Shown here: positions 8,282 through 17,242 of the stretch, one piece after another
Layout: every line of letters starts with the position of its first letter
Position numbering within the stretch: position 1 is the first letter of the stretch
NCBI GenBank assembly: GCA_963805625.1
Contig: CAWDVE010000010.1
Coordinates: 992,001 to 1,056,000 of the forward strand
Source of the DNA: an uncultured Candidatus Rokubacteria bacterium
Lineage (GTDB): Bacteria; Methylomirabilota; Methylomirabilia; Rokubacteriales; DASRDR01
Direction: 5' to 3'
DNA length: 64,000 bases
Notes under the pieces: model-generated
What the model saw: only the letters and a program-made list of their open reading frames with translations
Databases searched by the model: none
What the model was told of the DNA's origin: nothing
Translations under genes and position numbers: made by a program

Positions 8282-10690
8282 TCAGCGGGGCAACGACGCT
8301 TGGCCCGCCTCCCGGACGGCCTCTCCGACCTCAGCAGCCGGCGCCGACACGTCGATCCCGACCCGGAGCGCCCGCAGACCGTGGACGCCCTGGAGTTCCT
8401 CGAGCGCATGGTCTTCGATCTCGCCGGTCACGTAGCCCCGCGCGCTCAAGTATTCGAGGTACCCCCGGTACTCGGCCGCCTCGGCCGGCTGCGAGTACAC
8501 GATCGCCAGCTGGCGCGGCTGCGTGATCCGCTCGTGCGTTCCCCGCACCAGCGCTTTGTCGATCCGCTTCTTGATGACCTCGTAGCGGACGTTGTAGGCG
8601 CCGTCGACGTCGAAGCGCCGCTCGTCGAAGCGGAAACGGATCGACAGCGGCGTGTGGTGGGCGAGGACCAGGTGCGTCGTCGCGAGTGGCACGGCCAAGC
8701 GGGGCAGCACCGCCTCGGTCCGGCGCGCGATCCCGCATGTCACCATCAGCTGCCAGAGGCGCAGGTTCCGGAGGTACAGCTCGTCGAACCGGCCGTCCTC
8801 GACCAGACTCCCCCCGACGTAGATCGTGTGGTCCACCCCGTCGGTCCGCTGTCGCTCGAAGTAGTGCGGGAACATCGACTGGGCCAGCTCCTCCTCGGCG
8901 TCGAGGTATGCCGAGATCGTGTCGCTGACCAGCGTCATGCTCTCCTCGTAGTCGCGCCGCTGCCTGTACACGGTCCCGAGCTCGGGATCGAGTGTCACCC
9001 GGTAGGTCCCGAGACGTTCCCGCACGGCGGGACCGAAGTCGGCGAGCTGCTCGAAGAGCGGCTCGACGTGCTGCCGGAGGAACGCGAGCACCGCCACCTC
9101 GTCCCCCGAGGCGAGCGCCTGCTCGATCTGCCGAGCGTGCCGCTCGATCCGGTAGACGGTCTCGTCGAGGATCGGGAGCGGCCGGGCCGCCCGGGCCGCC
9201 TCGACGACTGCCAGGGCCAGGCGCAGGTGGACGCCCAGGTCCGCCTGGACCGCGAGGTTCCGCTGCACTGACGACCCGCGGATATCCGTCGCCGCGTAGA
9301 GCGGGTAGACGTCCCGGAAGACGATCGGCTCTAGCTCCGTGGCCTCCTCGCCCTCGTGCTCCTCGATGCTGTCGAGGACGGCGCGCCGGAAGCGCCACTC
9401 CACGGAGGGATGGATCGCGGTGCACTTCTCCTTGATCACGGCCTGCACGCGCGCCTCGAGCTCGTCGAGGCTGCGTCGCACCGCCATCGAGAATAACGGC
9501 AGCACCTCGCGGAGCTTGATCAGGCTCACAGGACTCAGATCACCGGCATTCGGGGAGCTCAGCTCGAGCGTGCCGATCGGCCGATCCTGGTAGTGCAGCG
9601 GCGCCACCAGGACGTTCCGGACCCCGTTGGCCAGGAGCGAGTCCTCGTACTGGGTCCGCCGCGGATCGTCGATAAGGTCGTCCAGGACGAGGGGGCGGCC
9701 CTGAGACACCGCCCGCTCGTGGACGGACCCGGCGAAGTCGCTCATCCTGAGGTGCTCGGTGTCCGCGAAGATGCACCCATGCTCGATCTCGCAGTTGTAG
9801 TTCAGGACGAAGACGCGCCCGTCGTGGAACGCGGCCAGGCCGAGGCGCACGGCCGGCCGCCGGAGGAGGGTCCGAAGCTTGTCCTCGAGCTCCTGGAACC
9901 GCTCGGTGGAGACGATCGACTCCTTGTCGATCAGGTCCCGCTCGATTGCGGAGAGCACCTCCTGGTCCGTCACGTCCGTCGCCCGCACCACGACGAACCC
10001 TGAGAACTCGAAGGTATCCGGCAAAAGCCGCTCCCCGAGAAGCTCGTGGCCCGCGCCGCCCCGGAGCACCCGCGCACGCGTCGCCTCGTCGAGGAGCGGG
10101 ATGGGGCGAAGCGCCCGCACCTCGAGGAACCGCGTGTCGAACTGGATGCGAAAATGCCGCTCGAGCCCGGAGTCCGGATCGCGCGCGGCGAGGATGAGCG
10201 GGTAGTCCACGTCGAGCGTCATGCCGTAGTGGGTGCGCAGGATGGCGTCATAGGCGTAGAGGAGCCGCCCGTGGGCGGCGCCCTCGGCGTCCAAGTTCAG
10301 CCACCCCTGGAGCGTCCTGTCCGCGTCGAGCAAGAGGCGCTGGAAGTTCGGCGTCGCGTGGACCGCGCGCAGCTGGAAGGGAACCGTGGCGGCGGCGTAA
10401 TCCTGCTCCCAGGACGCCGTCGGGAAGACGCGCGACATCAGGACCTCGACCAGCTCGCGGTGGCGCTCGAGCACCGAGGGGTCGTCGATCGAAGCCCGGA
10501 GCTCGGGCGCCCGCGTGAGCCCCTGGCAGACCGCCCGGGCGACGTCGCCCGCGATGCCCGGCTCGGCGGCCGCGCGCTCCCACGCGTCGACCAGCGGGGC
10601 GAGGCTCAGCTCGCGCCGGAACGGGAACGCCGTGGTTGGAAGCTCGAGCCTGAAGCGTGTCTGGGAAGCGGACGGAGTCGGCCGGTCCAT
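8282..10690 (-). CDS. GAF-domain protein with putative divergent class III nucleotidyl cyclase C-terminal domain
   Basis: GAF core (PLVLDDL...VRNVLVAPLHYQDRPIGTLELSS); C-terminal motifs YAATDIRGSS, ERQRTDGVDHTIYVG, RFDVDGAYN, ELQGVHGL; SD GGAGG before the ATG. Confidence 0.8.
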   Translation of the reverse strand: MDRPTPSASQTRFRLELPTTAFPFRRELSLAPLVDAWERAAAEPGIAGDVARAVCQGLTRAPELRASIDDPSVLERHRELVEVLMSRVFPTASWEQDYAAATVPFQLRAVHATPNFQRLLLDADRTLQGWLNLDAEGAAHGRLLYAYDAILRTHYGMTLDVDYPLILAARDPDSGLERHFRIQFDTRFLEVRALRPIPLLDEATRARVLRGGAGHELLGERLLPDTFEFSGFVVVRATDVTDQEVLSAIERDLIDKESIVSTERFQELEDKLRTLLRRPAVRLGLAAFHDGRVFVLNYNCEIEHGCIFADTEHLRMSDFAGSVHERAVSQGRPLVLDDLIDDPRRTQYEDSLLANGVRNVLVAPLHYQDRPIGTLELSSPNAGDLSPVSLIKLREVLPLFSMAVRRSLDELEARVQAVIKEKCTAIHPSVEWRFRRAVLDSIEEHEGEEATELEPIVFRDVYPLYAATDIRGSSVQRNLAVQADLGVHLRLALAVVEAARAARPLPILDETVYRIERHARQIEQALASGDEVAVLAFLRQHVEPLFEQLADFGPAVRERLGTYRVTLDPELGTVYRQRRDYEESMTLVSDTISAYLDAEEELAQSMFPHYFERQRTDGVDHTIYVGGSLVEDGRFDELYLRNLRLWQLMVTCGIARRTEAVLPRLAVPLATTHLVLAHHTPLSIRFRFDERRFDVDGAYNVRYEVIKKRIDKALVRGTHERITQPRQLAIVYSQPAEAAEYRGYLEYLSARGYVTGEIEDHALEELQGVHGLRALRVGIDVSAPAAEVGEAVREAGQASLPR

Positions 10691-10825
10691 GAGACCTCCG
10701 CGGCGCCGCCCGCAAGGACGACCGCCGCCCTGATCTGGCGCGGCACCCCGCGCCGGCGGGGCAGCCCCACGCTTCTCAGGCTATCACGCCTCGCAACGAG
10801 GGTCCGGAGAGACGGGTGGGGTCCG

Positions 10826-12370
10826 TCAGAGGCCGCGCTCGAGGAAGATGGGCGCCATCAGGTTGTCCGCGGGCGCGTAGTCGTCGGTCAGCACGACGGG
10901 ATTGGCCCTCCGCAGCCAGTCCTCCAGGGCATCCGCCGGCATGACACCGACCGCGGTTTCTCCGTCGGGCCCCCGCTCCGGAATCGCCCTGAGCCGGCCG
11001 AGGTCGAGCGCCGTCGCGCTCGCGGCGACCACGTAGGTCCGCGCCCGCGGCACCAGGGTGCCGCCCACGTCCGAGAGCACGTACACATGGGGGAAGACGT
11101 CCCGGAGCGTGCGCACGACGGAAGCCATGAACCGGCCTCCACGCATCCTGTCGATCACCAGCGCCAGGTAGAGGCCATCCGGCTTCAGCAGACCGCGCAC
11201 CTTCTGCGCGAACTCGCGCGTCGCCAGGTGATACGGGACCTGGTAGTCGTTGAATGCGTCTCCGAATACGAGATCGTACGTCGCGGTTCCCTGCTTGGCC
11301 TCCACCACCTCACGGGCGTCCCTGTTGTGGGTGACCACCCGCGTGGTCGGGCTCAGCCCCAGCATCTCGCCCGCCGTCATGGTGACCCCGGGATCGATCT
11401 CGACGACCTCGAGGACGGCGTCAGGGTAGGTCACCTCCATGTACCGCGGCAGCGTGTAGCCCCCGCCCCCCACGAAGAACGCCCGGAGCTGCGGCGACCT
11501 CTGGGCAGCGTAGGCCGTGAGTGCCGCGTACGTCCTCAGGTAGGGGTAGTGGAGCCGCGTGGGGTCCTCGATCGAGTTGTAGCTGTGGATCAGCCGGTCG
11601 AGCGACAGGACCTGGTACACGTGGCCGTCCGCCTCCCGCTCGGAGCTCACCCGGATGCAGTAGTAGCTCGTCTCCCGGTGGCACCAGGCGTCCAGGGCGC
11701 CGCGGAGGTGGATCTGTCCCAGGGTCACGATCAGGAGGAGGACCAGCAGGGCGTCCACGACCCGCGGCCAGCCCGCCCGGCGAAAGAACTCGCCGGTCCC
11801 CCCCGCTAGGCCGATCAGGATCAGACCCACGCCGAAGATGACGGGCTTCGTGCCGAGCCAGGGGATCAGCAGGAAGCCTGTGAGGAAGGTCCCTGCGATG
11901 CTGCCGAGCGTCGACCACGCGTAGATGCGCCCGACGACGTGACCGGCGCGCCCGAGATCCGCGAGAGTGAGTTTCACCACGACTGGCGACACCATGCCAA
12001 GGAGGGCGCTCGGCACGAAGAACAGGAGCCCGGTGAGGAGCACGATCCGAACGACGACCGGAAGGCCCCGCGGCACGAGCCCCAGTAGGTCGGTCGTTGT
12101 GAACGGCAGGATGGCGAGGCTCACCACTCCGCCCGCCGCCAGGAGGAGCCCGAGAGTCCGCCGGGACCCGGCCAGATCCGCCACGAGGCCGCCCAGATAG
12201 TTGCCGAGCGCGATGCCCGCCAGCACCACGCCGATGATGCTGGTCCAGGTGTAGAGGGAGACGCCGAGGTACGGGGCGAGCAAGCGAGCGGCGGCGATCT
12301 CGAGGACGAGGGCGCAGGCGCTCGCGACGAAGACGACGCCGTACGCCGTCCACGCGCCCCAGCGGATCAC
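10826..12370 (-). CDS. Fused MFS-like membrane domain / spermidine synthase-like SAM-dependent domain
   Basis: TM region LEIAAARLLAPYLGVSLYTWTSIIGVVLAG; FVGGGGYTLPRY, VVEIDP, FGDAF, VLTDDYAPAD; GTG 12370 overlaps the upstream TGA. Confidence 0.9.
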   Translation of the reverse strand: MIRWGAWTAYGVVFVASACALVLEIAAARLLAPYLGVSLYTWTSIIGVVLAGIALGNYLGGLVADLAGSRRTLGLLLAAGGVVSLAILPFTTTDLLGLVPRGLPVVVRIVLLTGLLFFVPSALLGMVSPVVVKLTLADLGRAGHVVGRIYAWSTLGSIAGTFLTGFLLIPWLGTKPVIFGVGLILIGLAGGTGEFFRRAGWPRVVDALLVLLLIVTLGQIHLRGALDAWCHRETSYYCIRVSSEREADGHVYQVLSLDRLIHSYNSIEDPTRLHYPYLRTYAALTAYAAQRSPQLRAFFVGGGGYTLPRYMEVTYPDAVLEVVEIDPGVTMTAGEMLGLSPTTRVVTHNRDAREVVEAKQGTATYDLVFGDAFNDYQVPYHLATREFAQKVRGLLKPDGLYLALVIDRMRGGRFMASVVRTLRDVFPHVYVLSDVGGTLVPRARTYVVAASATALDLGRLRAIPERGPDGETAVGVMPADALEDWLRRANPVVLTDDYAPADNLMAPIFLERGL

Positions 12371-13491
12371 GCGGTCCGGGCTCGCCGCGGGAGTCCCGCG
12401 AGGACGACCCGCGCCTCCCGGACGATCCTCTCGACCACCTCGCTGGCGCCGGGCAGGTCGCGCACGAGACCCACGCCCTGGCCCGCCAGCATCGGGAAGT
12501 ACTCTCCCTCTCTGCGCCGTCGGGCCTCCTCGATGACGTCCTGAGCGGCCCGCGTCTGGAGCAGCGGTGGCAGGACCGGCACGCCCGACGCCTGGTACTC
12601 GGCGGTGTAGGTGTTGCGAAGCGTGCGCAGCCACAACCCCGAGAACGCGTCGGTGACCGTCGTGTCGTCCCCCTCCCGCTCGAGGAGCGACTTCTTCCAG
12701 AATTCCGGCGCCATGGATTCCCGCGTCGCCACGAACCGGGTGCCGAGCAGGATGCCCACCGCCCCGAGGGCGAGCGCGGCGACCAGGCCGCGCCCGTCGG
12801 AGATGCCGCCCGCAGCCACGACGGGCATCTGAACCGCGTCGACGATCTGGGGCACGAGCGCCATCGTCCCGACGCTGGCGGCGTCGGGCGAGGGCCGTTT
12901 CACCCACGTGGAGCGATGGCCGCCGGCCTCGCCGCCCTGGGCGACGATCGCGTCGACGCCCGACGCGGCGACCGCCCGCGCGTCTTCCACCGTCGCCACC
13001 ATGGCGACCACCTTGATCCCCTGTGCCCGGCAGCGGGCCACGAGGTCCGGGCCAGGATCGCCGAGCCCGATGCTGAAGACCGGCGGGCGCTCCTCGAGGA
13101 TCACCTCGAGCTGCGCCGAGATGATGTCGGGCACGGCCCCGGGCCGCTCGGCCCGGGGCGGGAGCCCGAGCTGGACGCGGAACCCATTGAGCACCGAATG
13201 GACGGCGGCCAGCCGGTCGTCGGAGATCGTCGCCGGATCGGCGGGTGGACGGAGCTCCTTGTGAAGCCACAGGTTGACGCCGAACGGGCGGTCGGTCAGC
13301 TCGCGCACGTGGCGAATCCGGCTTCGCAGTTCCTCGGGGGGTACGGTCAGGCCGGCCAGGACCCCCAGGCCGCCGGCGCGTGACACCTCGGCGACGAGGT
13401 CCGGCCCGGCGATGCTTCCCATGCCGGACTGGATGACCGGATACTCGATCCCGAGCAGATCGCACAGGGCCGTCCGCAGGACGTCCCGCAT
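12367..13491 (-). CDS. Nitronate monooxygenase / FabK-like flavoenzyme
   Basis: LGIEYPVIQSGMG, QGGEAGGHR, VVAAGGISDGRG, LGTRFVATRES; SD GAGAGGAGG. Confidence 0.9.
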   Translation of the reverse strand: MRDVLRTALCDLLGIEYPVIQSGMGSIAGPDLVAEVSRAGGLGVLAGLTVPPEELRSRIRHVRELTDRPFGVNLWLHKELRPPADPATISDDRLAAVHSVLNGFRVQLGLPPRAERPGAVPDIISAQLEVILEERPPVFSIGLGDPGPDLVARCRAQGIKVVAMVATVEDARAVAASGVDAIVAQGGEAGGHRSTWVKRPSPDAASVGTMALVPQIVDAVQMPVVAAGGISDGRGLVAALALGAVGILLGTRFVATRESMAPEFWKKSLLEREGDDTTVTDAFSGLWLRTLRNTYTAEYQASGVPVLPPLLQTRAAQDVIEEARRRREGEYFPMLAGQGVGLVRDLPGASEVVERIVREARVVLAGLPRRARTA

Positions 13492-13504
13492 GCTGGGCCT
13501 CCTC

Positions 13505-14122
13505 TCAGGCGCTCGGCGCGTGGCTCCTCGCGTCACCGCAGGCGAGCGCGCCGGCTAGCATCCCGAACGCGACCAGCGTCAGCCCCACGGAGAGGATGAT
13601 GGCCCGCGTCCCGAAATGCGCGATCAGGACGAACCCTGTCAGGAACGTGCCAACGAGGCTGCCGACGGTCGACGCGGCATAGACCCGCCCCACCACCTTC
13701 CCGGCCTGGCCGAGGTCGTCCAGCACGTGCTTGATGGCCACGGGTGGGACCATTCCGAGCAGGACGCTCGGCAGGAAGAAGAGCAGGGTCGTGAGCAGCA
13801 CGATACGGAAGACGAGCGGGTAGCTTCGGGGCGCGAGGGTCCCGAGACCGTTCGCCAGGGGCAGCACGGCGACGCTCGCCAGCCCGCCGGCGGCAAGGAG
13901 GATCGCGAGCATCCGGGCGGGCCCCGCGCGGTCGGCCAGCACGCCACCCAGGTAGTTTCCGAGCGAGATGCCGGCGAGGACGACGCCAATGATGCTGGTC
14001 CAGGTGTGAATCGACACGCCGACAAACGGGGCCAGGACGCGGCCGGCCACGAGCTCGAGAATGAGGGTGCACCCGCTCGCGATTAGAACAATCAGGTACG
14101 ACACCCAGGTCCGCTCAACCAC
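13505..14122 (-). CDS. Stand-alone 6-TM membrane domain paralogous to the N-terminus of the MFS/spermidine synthase fusion
   Basis: Shares WTSIIGVVLAGI.LGNYLGG and GR.YA.ST.GS..GTFLTGF.LI with 10826..12370; ends after TM6. Confidence 0.8.
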   Translation of the reverse strand: MVERTWVSYLIVLIASGCTLILELVAGRVLAPFVGVSIHTWTSIIGVVLAGISLGNYLGGVLADRAGPARMLAILLAAGGLASVAVLPLANGLGTLAPRSYPLVFRIVLLTTLLFFLPSVLLGMVPPVAIKHVLDDLGQAGKVVGRVYAASTVGSLVGTFLTGFVLIAHFGTRAIILSVGLTLVAFGMLAGALACGDARSHAPSA

Positions 14123-14221
14123 GCCGTCCCCTTCCCCGGTCCCCGCGCCGCGGCGGCCATCGCCGGGACGTGGAGAGGCCGCCGTCTCATCACGCGCCGG
14201 CCACCCCGCGCCTTCCCGCCC

Positions 14222-15712
14222 TCACCAGAGGAGGATGACGTAGCCCGGGCCGCCGGGGAGTCCCGGGCGCCCCGCATCGCCTCCGGCGCCGCCGGCACCG
14301 GTGCGTGGCGGCGGCTCAACGCTTCCGCGCGCGGCGGCACCACTGGTCCCCCCGCGGCCGGGGGACAGACAGGTCGAGGGCGACAGCGGAGCCGGCCGAC
14401 AGACCTCGCCCGGCGCGCCGTCGATTCCGTCCCGCCCGATCCCCAGCGCGACCTCGGCGCGGCCACCGCGGCCGCCGGCGCCAGGCCCGCCGTCCGGCCG
14501 CGCTGGACGGCCACCGTGACCGGCTCGCACCGAGATCAGCACGGTCCCCGTGATGGCATCGCGGAGCTGTGTATCACGTCCGTCCCCGCCCCCGCTGGGG
14601 TCAGGCTGGCCCCCGTCGCCCACGACGAGGTCGTACGTCGTCCCAGGTACGACCGCCAGCACGACGCGCTGGTACGCTCCGGCACCGCCGCCGCCACCGC
14701 CGCCCTGGGCGCCTGGCGAGCCTGGCCCACCAGCTCCCCCGGCCCCCCAGACCTCCATCATCACGCGTGTCACACCGGCAGGCGCCGTCCAGGTCCCGCT
14801 TGCTCGATACTCACGCAACCCGCCGATCGGCGCGGATGGCAACACGGGCCCCGCGACCGCCGCAGTCTGTGCTGGCGCCACCGCCAGCGATCCAGGTCGG
14901 CTGTCCACTCCACGAGGCCCCGCTGGACCAGCAGGGCCGGCAAAGCCCGGTAGACCTGCCGGACCCGCCGGACCCGGTGGACCCGATGGACCTGCCGGAC
15001 CCGCCGGACCACGCACGCCCGCGGGACCCTGGAGCCCGGCCGAGCCTGCGGGTCCCGGTGGGCCCGGTGGCCCGGCTGCCCCGGTGGCCCTCAGCGTGAT
15101 CTCGAGCTCCGGCTCATGACTCGTCGCCGCGTTCTCCTTGCTGTCGAACTCCACGGAGACGCCGGCCGCGTTCGGCATCAGTACGAGACCGTTGTTCTCG
15201 AGCGTCCGGTCGAGCCACTCCTGGACGAGCTCGGTCACGTCCACCACCAGGAAGTGATTCCGATCCTGCGGCGAGACGGGGATGCCCATCAGCTCGTCTC
15301 GGCCCCGGCCAGGAGCGTTCGCTGCCGTGAGCGTGCCCTCGCTCCATCCGCCGCGCACGGAGTGGACGTCCAACAAGCCGCCACGGGTCACCTTGGCTAC
15401 CCACAGCCTGAGAACGGCCCGGGCGACGTCGGCACCCCGGGTGCCGGCAGGCAGGGTCGTCAGGTCGAAGCGCACGAAGGCCTGAGCGGCGGCCGGGCCC
15501 GGGCCCTGGACCAGGAGCGTCGGCGCCGAGCCGAAGTTCGCCGTCCGGGCGGACTGGGACGTGTGCGCGTCGTCGCTCAGGCGTGCCAGCACGGCGGCCG
15601 CCGGCGCGGGCAGCCCGCCGACGATGGCCACGACGAGCAACGGCGCACCCGTGGCGCGCAGGGTTCTCCAGACGGTCGTTCGCACCAGGATCCTCCTTGA
15701 CTGCGATTCCAA
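14222..15712 (-). CDS. Secreted DNRLRE(CBM96-like)-collagen-glycine-rich domain protein
   Basis: Signal peptide; DDAH..S..ANFG...FVRFDL...DVTELVQEW...NNGLVL...FDSKEN...PELEI; 20 Gly-X-Y triplets; [25 protein letters not shown]...[10 protein letters not shown]. Exact start uncertain. Confidence 0.8.
   Translation of the reverse strand: MESQSRRILVRTTVWRTLRATGAPLLVVAIVGGLPAPAAAVLARLSDDAHTSQSARTANFGSAPTLLVQGPGPAAAQAFVRFDLTTLPAGTRGADVARAVLRLWVAKVTRGGLLDVHSVRGGWSEGTLTAANAPGRGRDELMGIPVSPQDRNHFLVVDVTELVQEWLDRTLENNGLVLMPNAAGVSVEFDSKENAATSHEPELEITLRATGAAGPPGPPGPAGSAGLQGPAGVRGPAGPAGPSGPPGPAGPAGLPGFAGPAGPAGPRGVDSRPGSLAVAPAQTAAVAGPVLPSAPIGGLREYRASGTWTAPAGVTRVMMEVWGAGGAGGPGSPGAQGGGGGGGAGAYQRVVLAVVPGTTYDLVVGDGGQPDPSGGGDGRDTQLRDAITGTVLISVRAGHGGRPARPDGGPGAGGRGGRAEVALGIGRDGIDGAPGEVCRPAPLSPSTCLSPGRGGTSGAAARGSVEPPPRTGAGGAGGDAGRPGLPGGPGYVILLW
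14903..15082 (-). repeat. Collagen-like (Gly-X-Y)20 coding repeat
   Basis: [60 protein letters not shown]. Confidence 0.9.
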
Positions 15713-15995
15713 TCCGCGGGACGGCGCGGCCAGCGCTGGCTCAAAGGCAGGATAGGGTACGGCTCCGGCCCTGGCAACCGTCGCGTGCCTTAAGAGCGAG
15801 ATCTCTTCTGCCCGGGAAGTCGAAGCATTCGAGCCGTGACACCGGGCTCACGAGGAGTCGGGTCCGGGATATCGCCGCCATGCCGGCGCAACAGCACGCT
15901 TCATTGCTGGCCTTGCCGGACCAGGCGCCGTGCTCTACGCTCACGCCGTACCGGTGGAGCGGGGCATCCCGCCGCCCGCACCCGAGGGGGTTCGC

Positions 15996-16757
15996 ATGAA
16001 GCTCCGTGACAAGGTGGCGCTGGTGACGGGCGCCGGATCCGGCATCGGCCGGGCCGCGGCACTGCTCTTCGCGCACGAGGGTGGCCGCGTGGCCGTCGTG
16101 GACCTCCGCGAGGACGCCGCCAGGGACACGGCCGAAGCGATCGAGCGTGCCGGGGGGCAGGCGCTCGCGCTGCGCGCGGACGTGAGCCGGAACGCGGACA
16201 ACGAGTCGGCCGTCGCCACCACCGTGGCGCGATGGGGGCGCCTGGACGTCTTCTATGCCAACGCGGGCGTCCCCCAGGCACCGACACCGGTCGAGGACGT
16301 CGACGAGGCGACTTTCGATCGCATCATGGCGGTCAACGTCAAGGGTGTCTTCTTCGGCGCGAAGCACGCGGCGCCGGTCATGAAGCGGCAGCGCGCCGGC
16401 GTCATCCTGGTGACCGCCTCGACGTCCGCCATCCGCCCGCGACCGGGAGTGCAGACCTACTCGGCCTCGAAGGGCGCGGTCGTCGCCCTGACGAAGAGCC
16501 TCGCTCTCGAGCTCGCTCCGTTCGGCGTCCGGGCCGTCGCGATCGCCCCCGTGGCAACGGAGACGCCGATGCTGCCGCGTTTCTCGGGCAAGGAGCGGGT
16601 GGACGAGGACCTCCTCCGGAAGTATCTGCCCACAATCCCTCTCGGGAGACTCAACACGCCCGAGGACGTAGCCCGGACCGCGCTCTTCCTCGCGTCCGAC
16701 GACGCGGCGATGATCACCGGGGCCTGCGTCGAGGTCGACGGGGGTCGTTGCATCTGA
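15996..16757 (+). CDS. Short-chain dehydrogenase/reductase (FabG-like)
   Basis: TGAGSGIG, NAG, YSASK, ITG...VDGG. Confidence 0.93.
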   Translation: MKLRDKVALVTGAGSGIGRAAALLFAHEGGRVAVVDLREDAARDTAEAIERAGGQALALRADVSRNADNESAVATTVARWGRLDVFYANAGVPQAPTPVEDVDEATFDRIMAVNVKGVFFGAKHAAPVMKRQRAGVILVTASTSAIRPRPGVQTYSASKGAVVALTKSLALELAPFGVRAVAIAPVATETPMLPRFSGKERVDEDLLRKYLPTIPLGRLNTPEDVARTALFLASDDAAMITGACVEVDGGRCI

Positions 16758-16962
16758 CCTCCACCCTATTTCTCCGGTACATCCTTCCCGGGAGAGTTCG
16801 ACCCCTTTCGCACCAGCCACGCGTCAGGCCAGGCTCGATAGAATTCGTCATCGGCCTCATCAAATCGATAGGTTAGACGGGACAGTCTCAGCCATATCTC
16901 CAGACCATGGAATTCCTGGCTCCGCTCTTGGACGACACATAAGCCATCTTGAGATACCGTCA

Positions 16963-17199
16963 TTGCGCCCCGGCCACCAGCTTGGTTTCGCCGTGGGAGG
17001 TCTGCTCCTCGTGGTGGGGTCCCTCGTGGGCTGGAATCTGATCGTCGCCCGGCAGCTGACCGAGGCTCACCGGAGTGTGGTAGACGCGGCGATCCCCGCG
17101 ATGCGCCTCGAGGTCGGCCTCCTCGACCATAGCGCCTGGACTTCGAGCTGGAGCAGCGGAAAGGAAAGCCCTGACGGCGCGCACGTGGAGAGGCGATGA
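16963..17199 (+). pseudogene. Possible N-terminal remnant of a membrane sensor (histidine kinase/MCP-like TM1 plus periplasmic helix)
   Basis: QLGFAVGGLLLVVGSLVGWNLIVARQLTEAHRSVVDAAIPAMRLE resembles TM1 plus the start of a four-helix sensor; truncated after about 55 codons. Confidence 0.4.
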
Positions 17200-17242
17200 G
17201 CGTGCGGCAATGCGGCGGAGCGCAGGCCGCCCGGAGGATCAG

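Noticed and set aside
7480-10690. Two-gene Pycsar-like operon (cryptic cyclase plus TM effector)
   Set aside because: There is a 200-bp gap, and the membrane gene has its own -10/leaderless start. It lacks recognisable Pycsar-effector or cNMP-binding features, and there is no defence-island context. Linkage is unsupported without synteny data.
10826-13465. 879-aa ORF as one giant fusion
   Set aside because: The N-terminal ~360 codons are an off-frame reading of the nitronate monooxygenase gene; the real start is GTG 12370. The same applies to 24978..27209 (LysR from 26289), 21691..23271 and 28856..30496.
14222-15712. Prophage tail gene
   Set aside because: It has a signal peptide, and no other phage genes or integrase are nearby.
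15885-15910. Sigma-54 promoter (CAGCACGCTTCATTGC)
   Set aside because: It lacks the invariant GG at -24 and the spacing is off by one.
16745-16819. Intact tRNA gene
   Set aside because: No 5' acceptor strand, D-arm or anticodon arm; only a 3'-end-like fragment.
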